Of a stretch of 64,000 nucleotides of DNA, positions 40,441 through 50,296 are shown piece after piece. The stretch is taken from NCBI GenBank assembly GCA_013286795.1, contig JABDFA010000009.1, forward strand, positions 6,023 to 70,022, written 5' to 3'. Both the position numbers and the translations under genes were made by a program. Origin of the DNA: Candidatus Babelota bacterium. GTDB taxonomy: Bacteria; Babelota; Babeliae; Babelales; JABDEC01. Every line of letters begins with the position of its first letter. Positions within the stretch are counted from its first letter, which is position 1. The notes under the pieces were generated by a model, which made no database searches, was not told the DNA's origin, and saw only the letters and a program-made list of their open reading frames with translations.

Positions 40441-40997
40441 ACTTTATATAAAATTAATTGTTTAATTCCTATCTTAGCATATTGGTATAAAGATAAAAGT
40501 ACTAAAAATAGACTAAAACAAAATAGCGCAAAATATATATTCACAAGATATAATTTTAAGTAATTAAGTAAAAAAATAATATTAAGTAAAAAAGTTTGGC
40601 TCATCATAGCAGCCTTTCCGGAATTAACAGGTTCAATTTTTACGTAATTTTTATTTAAGAATAGACCAGCGCTTAATATTAATATTAATTCTTTTAATAA
40701 AACTAATAAGAAAAACCATTTTGGTATTATAAAATAACCTTTTTCATAAACTGAAAGTGTATAATAACAAGAAAGAATTAAAAATTTATCTGCTAAAGGA
40801 TCCAAAACAGAACCTAATAAACTTTTTTCATTTCTTATTCTTGCCAATTTCCCATCTAAAATATCACTTAACCCTGCAAATATTGTTAGTCCCAGAGCCA
40901 TACCCCAATCTTGTCTAATTATAGATATTATAATAAAGGGAACTACGATTATTCGCATTATTGTTATTTTAGTGGCCAGTGTGATTTTAAAATCCAT
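40437..40997 (-). CDS. pgsA: CDP-diacylglycerol--glycerol-3-phosphate 3-phosphatidyltransferase
   Basis: CDP-alcohol phosphatidyltransferase motif D-G-x2-A-R-x8-G-x3-D-x3-D in 'DILDGKLARIRNEKSLLGSVLDPLADK'. Polytopic membrane protein. Confidence 0.85.
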   Translation of the reverse strand: MDFKITLATKITIMRIIVVPFIIISIIRQDWGMALGLTIFAGLSDILDGKLARIRNEKSLLGSVLDPLADKFLILSCYYTLSVYEKGYFIIPKWFFLLVLLKELILILSAGLFLNKNYVKIEPVNSGKAAMMSQTFLLNIIFLLNYLKLYLVNIYFALFCFSLFLVLLSLYQYAKIGIKQLILYKV

Positions 40998-40999
40998 AA

Positions 41000-42481
41000 T
41001 TACTCTTCTGGTATAATTATTTTGCTGATTTCATTTTCCAATATAGTTGTTCTTTTTTTCGAATTATAAACTAATTCTCCATTTTTGAGTTGTATTAATT
41101 TTGAAATTGTATGTATGTTTTCTTCAATAGTTTGAATGCAAACATATTGATCATCTATTAGCTTCCATATTTTTATTTTATTGTCAGACCCAAAAGAAGC
41201 TAATGAACCATCTTGTAATTGAATTACTTGATTGACCCAATATTCATGTTCTTGCAAAGTTTGGAAACAATAATATTTGCCATCTTTTATTTTCCATATT
41301 TTTATAGTTTGCCAGGCACAAGTGATCAGTGATCCATCATCTAACTGAATTAAATTTGAAACATCATGAAGCATGTGATCATTTACAATTTGAAACCAAC
41401 TATATTGATTATCTTTTAATTTTAATATTTTTATTGTGTTATTGTGTGAAGAAAAAGCAAAAACTATAGAATTATCTGATAATGGAATTAATTTTCCAAT
41501 TTTGTGGGGATATTCAATTGTTTGATAAAGAACATATTTATCACCTATTAATTTCCATATTTTTATTTTTTTATCTTCTGAAACAGAGATTAGTAGTTTA
41601 TTTGATAACTCTATTAATTTAAGAATTCTATTAACATGGTCAGTTTGGAGTATTTGATGAAGATAATAATGATCATTTCTTAGCCGCCATATTTTTATTG
41701 TATGATTTTCTTGCGAATGAACTAAAGAACCATCTTGTAATTGTATTAGATTGTAAGCACTATTGTATATTTTTTTACAACAACTAAACAAACAACACAT
41801 AAATGGATTACCTAAAATAGAACAAATGTTTCTATTAAGAGTTTGTAGAAGTGTTACTACATCTTCCTTGATAGATAATATTCTTATTGTTCCATCTATA
41901 CTGAGATAAGCATAGTTATTATTATTTAATTTAATTAGATTAAATAGAGGATATTTTTCAGTAATGGTAGCAGGAAAACACAGTAAAGTGCAACATACGA
42001 CATTTCTTATTACTGTATTTTCATGTTCAAGGCTATCTATACCTTGATTATACTTCTTGGTTTTTTTTATTAATTTCCACATAGAGAAACCATATCGACT
42101 GTTGGCTATAAATGAATCATTGCTTAAAGGGATGATTTCACTAATAAAATCTAAATTTTGGAGTAAAGAAAAAGTTTTATCTAAGCCATGAGTATAATCG
42201 TAATCTACAACAATTTGGCTTATTTCTGGTATTAAATATGAGTTTAACTTTTTTTTTATAAACTGGTTTATTAAATCTATCTTTGTGAGAGTTTTTTTCT
42301 TGTCTTTTTTTTGTAGCTCTAATACTTCTTTCTCATCAGTATCTGTATCGATTTTTACTTCTTGTTCATACTTGCTATCTGGTTCAGATGGTAAAATTGA
42401 ATATGACTCATGGTCATGCATTGCTGAAATGTTGAAGGTGAATGTTGTGAGTAAAAATATTTTTCTAAATAACTTGTTCAT
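41000..42481 (-). CDS. WD40-repeat protein with signal-like N-terminus and N-proximal F-box-like motif
   Basis: WD-type strand ends 'HTIKIWRL', 'KKIKIWKL', 'NTIKILKL', 'QTIKIWKI', 'NKIKIWKL'. 'LIPEISQIVVDYDY' near the N-terminus. Cys clusters 'VVCCTLLCF' and 'FMCCLFSCCKK'. Confidence 0.75.
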   Translation of the reverse strand: MNKLFRKIFLLTTFTFNISAMHDHESYSILPSEPDSKYEQEVKIDTDTDEKEVLELQKKDKKKTLTKIDLINQFIKKKLNSYLIPEISQIVVDYDYTHGLDKTFSLLQNLDFISEIIPLSNDSFIANSRYGFSMWKLIKKTKKYNQGIDSLEHENTVIRNVVCCTLLCFPATITEKYPLFNLIKLNNNNYAYLSIDGTIRILSIKEDVVTLLQTLNRNICSILGNPFMCCLFSCCKKIYNSAYNLIQLQDGSLVHSQENHTIKIWRLRNDHYYLHQILQTDHVNRILKLIELSNKLLISVSEDKKIKIWKLIGDKYVLYQTIEYPHKIGKLIPLSDNSIVFAFSSHNNTIKILKLKDNQYSWFQIVNDHMLHDVSNLIQLDDGSLITCAWQTIKIWKIKDGKYYCFQTLQEHEYWVNQVIQLQDGSLASFGSDNKIKIWKLIDDQYVCIQTIEENIHTISKLIQLKNGELVYNSKKRTTILENEISKIIIPEE

Positions 42482-42489
42482 TTGGTTTA

Positions 42490-44004
42490 TTACTCTTCTG
42501 GTATAATTATTTTACTGACCTCATTTGTCCATATTTTGCTTATATCGTCTAATGAGGAAGAAACCAATTCTCCATTCTTTAATTGAATCAATTTATGAAT
42601 TCCTATCCTACGGCCGTCAAAAGTCTGATCTAAAACATATTGGCCATCTACAATTTTCCATATTTTTATTGTGGAATCACTTGAATAGGATGCAAGTGAA
42701 TTGTCTTGTAATTGGATTATACCATTAACCCAATCTGTAATTCCACTTGTACGATGTTTCAAAGTTTGGGAACAAGAATATTTACCATCTTTTAAATTCC
42801 ATATTTTTATATCTTGCCAAGAGCATGAAACTAGAGATCCATCTGGTAATTGGGTTAAATTTAAAACAAAATTTGTATGATCGTTTAAAATTTGAACACA
42901 ATTAAATTGGCCATTTTTTGATTTTAAGATTCTTATTGTGCTATCATCTGCATAAGCAAAAAATACATCTTTTGCTTCGGTTTTTAGTGAAATTAACTTT
43001 CTAATGAGATCCGTGTGTTCAATTGTTTGATAAAGACAATATTGATCATCTACTAAATTCCATATTTTTATTTTTTTATCAAATGAAACAGATATTAACA
43101 TTTGATTAGGTAATTCTAATAAACTAAAAATTTCTTCAGTATGACCAGTCGGTAGAGTTTGATGAAGATAATATTTATCATCTCTTAGTCGCCATACTTT
43201 TATTGTATGATCTTCTTTTATGGAATGTACAAGAGTTCCATCTTGAAGTTGGGTTAAGTTTGTAGCTGTATCGGTTCCTTTTTTGGATATACGTTTTCGT
43301 AATTTGGGAATACAACTTCCACAGTTCACCAATGCATTAAAGGGATTATTTAAATAATAACATAAATTTTTGTTAAGAGTTTGAAGATTAGTATAAGTTT
43401 CATTGTGAATTGCGCCTATACGTATTGTTCCGTTTGTTTTAAGATATGCAAATAAGCCGTTATTTAATTTGATTAAATTATAGTCTTTACTATAAGGGAA
43501 ACAACATAACAAACAACACAAAATTGAATAACTCAGACGTATTGTTGCATCACAGTCATTGTACCATTCTCGATTTACTTTTTCGTATTTACCCGTTTTT
43601 TTTCGTAATTTCCATATTCTATAATCATCCATATATGTATCATATTGTATAAATGAATTATTATTGAGAGGTATTATTTCAGAGGTAAAATTCAAAGTTT
43701 GAGATAAATAATATGTTTTATCTAAGCCATGAGTGTAGTCATAGTCTACAACAATTTGGCTTAATTCCGGTATTAAATGTGAGTTTAACTTTTTTTTTAT
43801 AAACTGGTCTATTAAATCTATCTTTGTGAGAGTTTTTTTCTTGTCTTTTTTTGATAATTCTAACGTTTCTTTTTCATCAACATCTATGTCGATTTTTACA
43901 TCTTGTTCAGATGGTAAAATTGAATATGACTCATGGTCATGCATTGCTGAAATGTTAAATGGTAAAATTGTTAGTAAAAATATTTTTTTAAATAACTTGT
44001 TCAC
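42490..44004 (-). CDS. WD40-repeat protein, tandem paralog of 41000..42481
   Basis: The N-terminal ~90 aa are nearly identical to the neighbour ('FNISAMHDHESYSILPSE', 'KKDKKKTLTKIDLI', 'LIPELSQIVVDYDYTHGLDKT'). WD ends 'HTIKVWRL', 'KKIKIWNL', 'QDIKIWNL', 'STIKIWKI'. Cys cluster 'ILCCLLCCF'. Confidence 0.75.
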   Translation of the reverse strand: MNKLFKKIFLLTILPFNISAMHDHESYSILPSEQDVKIDIDVDEKETLELSKKDKKKTLTKIDLIDQFIKKKLNSHLIPELSQIVVDYDYTHGLDKTYYLSQTLNFTSEIIPLNNNSFIQYDTYMDDYRIWKLRKKTGKYEKVNREWYNDCDATIRLSYSILCCLLCCFPYSKDYNLIKLNNGLFAYLKTNGTIRIGAIHNETYTNLQTLNKNLCYYLNNPFNALVNCGSCIPKLRKRISKKGTDTATNLTQLQDGTLVHSIKEDHTIKVWRLRDDKYYLHQTLPTGHTEEIFSLLELPNQMLISVSFDKKIKIWNLVDDQYCLYQTIEHTDLIRKLISLKTEAKDVFFAYADDSTIRILKSKNGQFNCVQILNDHTNFVLNLTQLPDGSLVSCSWQDIKIWNLKDGKYSCSQTLKHRTSGITDWVNGIIQLQDNSLASYSSDSTIKIWKIVDGQYVLDQTFDGRRIGIHKLIQLKNGELVSSSLDDISKIWTNEVSKIIIPEE

Positions 44005-44044
44005 AGGTCTTCCTGATATGAGAATATTTTGTTTATTTATATTA

Positions 44045-45103
44045 TTACAAAGCTTTTGTAATAACGCTAGATCCTAGACATTTTTCATTTTGATAAAATA
44101 CGGCAAATTGTCCAGGTGCAATACCTTGATCATTTTTATCTAGAGTTACTATAGCATGGGTATTATTGATATACTCAATTGAGCAGTTATATTTTTGTTC
44201 TCCGTGTCTAATTTTTACTTGAAGACCTGTGTTAGGGTTTTCTTGATTGAGCCAATTAAAATTGGACACTTCAAATTTGTTTCTTTCTTTTTCAATAGAA
44301 TGATAATTTTTCGATACATAAACTATGTTTTTTTCTATATCTTTTGCCACAACATACCAAGGTCCGCCACTTAGGCCTATTCCTTGTCTTTGGCCAATTG
44401 TATAAAACCAGAAACCTTCATGTTGAGCCAGCTTTATTCCAGTTTCAAATTCAATTATGTTACCTATTTTTTTACCTACATGAAATTTAATAAATTCTTT
44501 AAATTTAATTTTTCCCAAGAAACAAATTCCTTGGCTATCTTTTCTTTCTTTATTGGGTAAGTCAAACTTATTTGCTAATTCACGAACCTGCTCTTTTTTT
44601 AAATGACCTATAGGGAAAATCGCTCGTGAAAGTTGTTCTTTGCTTAGATTTGCTAAAAAATAAGTTTGATCTTTTATATTGTCCGGAGAGGTTGAAAGAT
44701 AATATTCATTGTCTATTTTATGTACTTGTGCGTAGTGGCCTGTAGCAATTTTATCAAAGCCCTTATCAATATATTTGTAAAATGCACCAAATTTGACCCT
44801 TGTATTACATAAAATATCTGGGTTAGGGGTTCTGCCTGATTTAACTTCTTCTATTGTGTAACTTACAACTTCAGACCAATACTCTTTTTGAAGTGAAATA
44901 ACTTCAAGTGGTACTTCAAGTTTTTCGCACACTTTTGTTACATAATCTAAATCTTCTTGCCATGGGCATGAACCTAAAGATGAAAGTTCGTCTTCTAGCC
45001 AAATCTTTATATAAAAAGCTGTAATATCATAGTTTTGATCTTTTAATAATTTTAGAGCGACTGAGCTGTCAACTCCGCCTGATACTAGAACTGCTATTTT
45101 CAT
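44045..45103 (-). CDS. mnmA: tRNA-specific 2-thiouridylase
   Basis: PP-loop 'KIAVLVSGGVDSSVA', 'RTPNPDILCN', 'KDSQGICFLG'. Confidence 0.95.
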   Translation of the reverse strand: MKIAVLVSGGVDSSVALKLLKDQNYDITAFYIKIWLEDELSSLGSCPWQEDLDYVTKVCEKLEVPLEVISLQKEYWSEVVSYTIEEVKSGRTPNPDILCNTRVKFGAFYKYIDKGFDKIATGHYAQVHKIDNEYYLSTSPDNIKDQTYFLANLSKEQLSRAIFPIGHLKKEQVRELANKFDLPNKERKDSQGICFLGKIKFKEFIKFHVGKKIGNIIEFETGIKLAQHEGFWFYTIGQRQGIGLSGGPWYVVAKDIEKNIVYVSKNYHSIEKERNKFEVSNFNWLNQENPNTGLQVKIRHGEQKYNCSIEYINNTHAIVTLDKNDQGIAPGQFAVFYQNEKCLGSSVITKAL

Positions 45104-45273
45104 TAGATCACTTTAATATTAATTTGTTTAATATAAATAATTTATATCTATTTTTTTTATTTGTAAATACAGTACCAATTTTTTATTTTTTCAATTTGCA
45201 ATAAAATATTATTGACTAAGGGTTATTTATTCTGTTATCCTGATATCATGTGAAATTTATATTCCCCTATAAT

Positions 45274-45348
45274 AAAAGGCTGGCTTTCAAAATCAGATAA
45301 ACCTTTTAGCATTGATTTTGGAAAAACCTTTTATATGCCAGCCTTTTT
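45274..45348 (+). other. nested stem-loop followed by a T-run (candidate small RNA, leader or terminator)
   Basis: Outer stem 'aaaaggctggc' (45274..45284) pairs with 'gccagccttttt' (45337..45348). Inner stem 'caaaatca' (45288..45295) pairs with 'tgattttg' (45313..45320). Lies in the divergent mnmA/ANK spacer. Confidence 0.3.
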
Positions 45349-45404
45349 ATTAAATTTTGGGGGCTAATATTATTGATTTTATGTTATAGTGATTTTTAGT
45401 TATT

Positions 45405-46166
45405 ATGGAGGCTTTGATTATGAATTTTAATTTAAAGTTATTACTAATTTTATCTGTTTTTGGTTCAGTAACCAGCTTGTCATATTCTGCAGAAGCCAAA
45501 GAAAAGTCGGAAAATCCTATTTTTTATCAAATTCGTGATAGATTGATGGATAATCTTAGTCCTGAGATAGGCAACCACAATGCAGTAGGTAGAGCAGAAT
45601 ATTATGATACAGTAAGCAAATTTCTTGAAGAAAATCCAGAAAGTATAAATATTAGAGATTCTCAAGGAAGAACATTATTAATGCACATTGTTGAAGCAGC
45701 TTTACGCGCTGGTGATGTTATTAATATGTTTCAGGACCGTAGCTATCAGCCTGGTTATTTGCATATTACAGATGAAAATGATCCTTTGCAACGGTTATTT
45801 AAGGTTAATGAAGATTTATTTAGAAGAGGAATGTCTGATTCTCCAATCGTAGTAGAGAATGGTAAATTGATAAGAGAAGGTAAACTAAATAGAGTCGTGG
45901 ACGATCGTATTAATTTGATAGATACTATATTTTTACTTTTAGACAAAGGAGCTGATTTGAAGGCTAAAGACAATAAAGGCAAGACAGCATTTGATTATAC
46001 TATTTTTAATATGGTACTCAGGAGAAAAGGTGGGGTATATCATTGGGAGGATAATTTTGTTCAATCAATTTTAAATTCAGCCCAAGAAGAGCGAAATGAA
46101 GAAATTAGAAAGGTATTAGAAGGAAAGATGCTTGGAGATTTAGCGAATATTGTTTGTGAGTATTGA
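45405..46166 (+). CDS. ankyrin-repeat protein with signal-like N-terminus and C-terminal F-box-like motif
   Basis: 'DSQGRTLLMHIVEAALRAGD' and 'IFLLLDKGADLKAKDNKGKTAFDY'. The protein ends 'LGDLANIVCEY'. Confidence 0.7.
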   Translation: MEALIMNFNLKLLLILSVFGSVTSLSYSAEAKEKSENPIFYQIRDRLMDNLSPEIGNHNAVGRAEYYDTVSKFLEENPESINIRDSQGRTLLMHIVEAALRAGDVINMFQDRSYQPGYLHITDENDPLQRLFKVNEDLFRRGMSDSPIVVENGKLIREGKLNRVVDDRINLIDTIFLLLDKGADLKAKDNKGKTAFDYTIFNMVLRRKGGVYHWEDNFVQSILNSAQEERNEEIRKVLEGKMLGDLANIVCEY

Positions 46167-46246
46167 TATCTTTAATTTTATAAGTCTTTGTTTTGATAAT
46201 ATCGTAATTTTATATAGAATAAATAATAGACTTATTACTAAATTGT

Positions 46247-46341
46247 GCTCGTATGGTTCGACAAGCTTCCAGCCTACGCTTTAGTCTTCGCTAAAGCTAT
46301 GCCGGACAAGAAAGCTACGGCGGACAGGCACCATGAGCGGG
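46247..46341. repeat. GC-rich repeat element upstream of argS
   Basis: 'gctcgtatggttcgacaagcttccagcctacgctttagtcttcgctaaagctatgccggacaag...ggcaccatgagcggg'. Shares 'gctcgtatggttcg' with 36564 and 'cttcgctaaagct' with the tRNA-spacer repeats. Confidence 0.8.
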
Positions 46342-46369
46342 TATTGTTGCCTTAAATTTTAGAAAAAAT

Positions 46370-48022
46370 ATGAATTTAATAGAAAAAATTGAAACTGCTT
46401 TTAATTTATTTATTTTAAATAAATATAATCAAAATGTTTTAGAAAATAAAAATATAAGCTTTGAACTTAATGTAGATGAATCTAAAAAAGATTTTGGAGA
46501 TATAAGTTCAAATGCAGCAATGGTTTTGGCAAAAGTTTTAAAGAAAAAACCATTAGATATAGCACAAGAAATCTGTGAAGGTTTCAAGCATGATATTGTT
46601 CAGAAAATAGAAATAGCTGGACCGGGGTTTTTAAATATATTTTTAAAAAATGAAGCGTTTGTTGAGTTATTAAAAGATTTATTTGAATCTAAAGAAGGTT
46701 TTTTTAAATTACCTGAGCAGGCAAAAAGAGGGAAATTTTCTGTAGAATTTGTGAGTGCCAACCCAACAGGTCCATTGCATATAGGACATGGAAGGGGAGG
46801 TATAATCGGGGATGTTCTTGGAAATATTTTAAGATTTCTTGGTAATGAAGTAATAAAAGAATTTTATATAAACGATGCTGGGTCACAAATTCAAAAACTG
46901 GGATTATCTTTAAAAATTCGTTGTCAGCAGGAATTAGGTGGACAAGTTGAAATGCCTGAAGAGAGTTATAAAGGCGAATATTTAATAGAATTAGCTAAAT
47001 TATGTATAAAAGAGAATGGTAAATCTGTTTTATCTAAAGATGATACTTATTTTGAAAATTATGCAAAAGATCATTTACTTAAAGAGATAAAACGAACCTT
47101 GGATGTATATGGGATTCATTTTGATGTTTGGTTTTCAGAAAAACAGTTGCACGATTCTGGTAAGGTAAAAGAGGCTGTAGAAAAATTAATACAAAGTGGA
47201 CATACATATGAACAAGATGGAGCACTTTGGTTTAGATCAACAGCATTTGGAGATGATAAAGACAGAGTAATACGCAAGGCTAACGGCGAATTAACATATG
47301 CAGCAGCTGACATAGCCTATATGATAGATAAGATTGAAAGAGGAGCGGATCATTTAATAATGGTTTTGGGTCAAGATCATCACAGTTATGCTGTAAGATT
47401 GGATGCTATAAGAAAAGCTTTGAATTTAGAAAAATATCCTCTTGATGTTATTCTATATCAGCTTGTAAAAATGAAGGTTAGTGGTGAACTTGTAAGAATG
47501 TCAAAAAGGGCTGGCAATATAGTAACTTTAAAAGATTTGATAGAAACAGTGGGCAAAGATGTTGCTAGATTTTTTTATTTGAATCGTAAAGCTGATGCTC
47601 AGTTGGAATTTGATCTTGATTTGGCACTTAAAAGAACAGAAGAAAATCCTGTTTATTATGCGCAGTATGCTTATGTTCGTATGAATAGTTTGTTGCAAAA
47701 AGCTTATGAAGAAAAAGATTTTCAAGAAATAATAAGTAAAGATATTATATCTATTGGCACTGAAGAATATTTTTTAATAAAAAAATTAACTAGCTTGAAA
47801 AACTTATTAAAAAATATAGGGGAGAATTATCAAATTCATTTGCTAACCTATTATATTTTACAGCTTGCTGGCCTGTTCCATAAATATTATTTTGATAATA
47901 AAATTATTGATAAAAATAATGTTTCAAAAAGCAGAGCTAGATTATTACTGGTAATAACCTTGAAAAATTCACTTGAGACATGCTTGAAATTGATAGGTAT
48001 TGATAGACCCGAAAAAATGTAA
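46370..48022 (+). CDS. argS: arginine--tRNA ligase
   Basis: 'SANPTGPLHIGHGRG' (HIGH), 'RMSKRAGN' (KMSKS-like) and the DALR-type C-terminus. Confidence 0.95.
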   Translation: MNLIEKIETAFNLFILNKYNQNVLENKNISFELNVDESKKDFGDISSNAAMVLAKVLKKKPLDIAQEICEGFKHDIVQKIEIAGPGFLNIFLKNEAFVELLKDLFESKEGFFKLPEQAKRGKFSVEFVSANPTGPLHIGHGRGGIIGDVLGNILRFLGNEVIKEFYINDAGSQIQKLGLSLKIRCQQELGGQVEMPEESYKGEYLIELAKLCIKENGKSVLSKDDTYFENYAKDHLLKEIKRTLDVYGIHFDVWFSEKQLHDSGKVKEAVEKLIQSGHTYEQDGALWFRSTAFGDDKDRVIRKANGELTYAAADIAYMIDKIERGADHLIMVLGQDHHSYAVRLDAIRKALNLEKYPLDVILYQLVKMKVSGELVRMSKRAGNIVTLKDLIETVGKDVARFFYLNRKADAQLEFDLDLALKRTEENPVYYAQYAYVRMNSLLQKAYEEKDFQEIISKDIISIGTEEYFLIKKLTSLKNLLKNIGENYQIHLLTYYILQLAGLFHKYYFDNKIIDKNNVSKSRARLLLVITLKNSLETCLKLIGIDRPEKM

Positions 48023-48088
48023 TAAGTTAAGATTAACTTGATAATTAATTTTATTGTTGCGGGTCGTTAACAAAAATTATAAAAAAAT

Positions 48089-48207
48089 CCGTTCGTGGTG
48101 AGTAGCCCGTTAGGGCGTATCGAATCCATGAATGCATATTAAGACTTTTATTTGAGTTCATGGTTCGATAAATTTTTGCTTACGCAAAAACACTCACCAC
48201 GAACGGG
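48089..48207. repeat. long palindromic GC-rich element with 15-bp perfect terminal inverted repeats
   Basis: 'ccgttcgtggtgagt' pairs with 'actcaccacgaacgg'. Inner pairing 'cgaatccatgaa' / 'ttcatggttcg'. Lies between argS and tsf. Confidence 0.85.
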
Positions 48208-48279
48208 CTTTTAAAAGTTTTTTGTTCTGGAATTTGTGTGAAGTTGATATTTAATGATTAGGTATATACAAAGGATAAT

Positions 48280-48876
48280 ATGGCAAAAGTAGATTTGGAT
48301 TTAATACAACAACTAAGAGAAAAAACTGGTCTTGGGATGCTTGATTGTAAAAAAGCTCTTGAGGAATCTGGTGGAGATATGCAAAAAGCTATAGAAGCTT
48401 TACGCAAACGTGGTGCTGCCATAGAAGCAAAAAGATCGGATAAAAGCACATCTGAAGGTATAGTTCAAGCTTATATTCATCCAGGCGATCAAATGGGCGT
48501 ATTGATTGAATTAAATTGTGAAACAGATTTTGTTGCAAGGACCGCAGATTTTAAGCAATTAGCTAAAGATCTTTGTATGCAAATTGCTGCAAATAAGCCA
48601 CTTTATGTTGCTCCAGACAATGTAGATCCTAAATTCTTGGAACATGAAAAAAATATATTAAAAGAGCAATTGGCAAATTCAGGTAAACCAGCTAAAATTC
48701 TTGATCAGATAATTGAAGGTAAAGTTAACAAGCTTTATAGTGATATTTGTTTACTCAAGCAACAGTTTATTAAGAATGATCAAATTACAGTTGAGGAATT
48801 GGTCAAAGAAGTTATAGCTAAAACTGGGGAAAATATCAAAATAAAACGATTTGTTCGCTTTGAAGTTGGCCAATGA
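48280..48876 (+). CDS. tsf: translation elongation factor Ts (short form)
   Basis: 'IQQLREKTGLGMLDCKKALEESGGDMQKAIEALRKRG' UBA-like N-terminus. 198 aa. Confidence 0.9.
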   Translation: MAKVDLDLIQQLREKTGLGMLDCKKALEESGGDMQKAIEALRKRGAAIEAKRSDKSTSEGIVQAYIHPGDQMGVLIELNCETDFVARTADFKQLAKDLCMQIAANKPLYVAPDNVDPKFLEHEKNILKEQLANSGKPAKILDQIIEGKVNKLYSDICLLKQQFIKNDQITVEELVKEVIAKTGENIKIKRFVRFEVGQ

Positions 48877-49577
48877 TTAAAAAGAAGCTTTTACTTAAAT
48901 TAACTGGAAGTGCTTTAAAAGGGCAGGATGGGAGTAGATTAAGTACGGCTTTTATTGATTCAATAGCCAAGCAAATTAAAAGTTTACAAGGCACTCATAT
49001 TTTTTCGTTGGTAATTGGTGGGGGTAATATTTTCAGGGGTGGACGCGATGGAAAATTATTGGGTCTTGATCCCAGTGTTTCACATCAAATTGGTATGTTA
49101 GCAACTAATATTAATGCACTAATTATTAAAGAAGTTTTCCAAATGAATGGAATTGCTTCAGTGATTTTGTCTGCTCAGCAAAGCCTGGATATTGGAAATT
49201 TGGCCAGTCAGAATAATATTAGTAAAGCTCTAAGAGAAAACTACTGTATAATATTTTCAGGTGGAACTGGAAATCCGTTTTTTTCTACCGATACAGCTGC
49301 AGTTTTGAGAGCTTTACAGATAAATGCTGATGAAGTTTTGAAGGGAACTGACGTAGAGGGTGTGTTTGATGAAGACCCTAAATTAATATCAGATGCTAAA
49401 CTATTGAAAAAAATTGAATTTAAGCAAGCGTTAGAAAAGAAGTTAAATATTATGGATCATATGGCTTTTGTATTGGCTAGCGAAAATAGTTTGCCAATTA
49501 GAGTTTTTAATGTTTTTGAAGAGAATTCTATATTAAAAGTTTGTAAAAATAATGATTTTGGAAGTTTAATTTATTAA
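48873..49577 (+). CDS. pyrH: UMP kinase
   Basis: 'LLKLTGSAL', 'VIGGGNIFRG', 'FSGGTGNPFFSTDTAA'. 4-nt overlap with tsf. Confidence 0.92.
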   Translation: MIKKKLLLKLTGSALKGQDGSRLSTAFIDSIAKQIKSLQGTHIFSLVIGGGNIFRGGRDGKLLGLDPSVSHQIGMLATNINALIIKEVFQMNGIASVILSAQQSLDIGNLASQNNISKALRENYCIIFSGGTGNPFFSTDTAAVLRALQINADEVLKGTDVEGVFDEDPKLISDAKLLKKIEFKQALEKKLNIMDHMAFVLASENSLPIRVFNVFEENSILKVCKNNDFGSLIY

Positions 49578-49588
49578 TTGGAGTTTCT

Positions 49589-50170
49589 ATGATTAAAATT
49601 GTACCAGAAACAACACCTAAAGATTTTGAATCTGCTCTTAAAGTTGAAATGGAAAAACCTTTAGATCATTTTAAAAAAGAACTAATAAAAATAAGAACCG
49701 GCAGAGCTAGCACATCAATGATAGAAGGCATTAAAGTTATTTGTTATGGCTCAGAAATGCCACTTTCACAGGTAGCATCCTTGTCTGCTCCAGAGCCACG
49801 TCTTTTAATCATACAACCTTGGGATAAAGCAGTTATTGCAGATATAGAAAAAAGTCTTTTAGAGTCAGATTTAGGAGTTACTCCTTTAAATGATGGTGAT
49901 ATTATTCGTATATCACTTCCTCAGATGAGTGGATCCAGGCGTGAAGAGCTATCTAAAATTTTGAATAAAAAGCTAGAGGAATGTAGAATCGCTATTAGAA
50001 ACATTCGAAAAGAGTTTCAAAATGCTGTTAGGGATTTAGAAAAGGATAAGAAATTTTCTATAGATTATTCAAAGAGGTTGCTTGCAACATTGCAAGATTT
50101 TACTGATAAGTATGTAGCCAATGCTGAAGAAATGTCAGCTAAAAAAGAAAAAGAAATAAAGTTTGATTAA
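49589..50170 (+). CDS. frr: ribosome recycling factor
   Basis: 'IRTGRASTSMIEGIKV', 'IQPWDK' and 'IRNIRKE' are typical Frr. Conserved tsf-pyrH-frr order. Confidence 0.92.
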   Translation: MIKIVPETTPKDFESALKVEMEKPLDHFKKELIKIRTGRASTSMIEGIKVICYGSEMPLSQVASLSAPEPRLLIIQPWDKAVIADIEKSLLESDLGVTPLNDGDIIRISLPQMSGSRREELSKILNKKLEECRIAIRNIRKEFQNAVRDLEKDKKFSIDYSKRLLATLQDFTDKYVANAEEMSAKKEKEIKFD

Positions 50171-50220
50171 ATATTATTCTTTACATAACCTTTTTTTATT
50201 ATAAAATATATTTGTACTTG

Positions 50221-50296
50221 GGGTCGCTAGCTCAATTGGCAGAGCGTCAGACTCTTAATCTGCAGGTTCTTGGTTCGATTCCAAGGCGACCCACCA
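50221..50296 (+). tRNA. tRNA-Lys (anticodon CUU), CCA encoded
   Basis: Hand-folded cloverleaf. Acceptor gggtcgc/gcgaccc, D stem gctc/gagc, anticodon loop 'ctCTTaa', T arm cttgg-ttcgatt-ccaag, discriminator A plus CCA. 76 nt. Confidence 0.88.
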
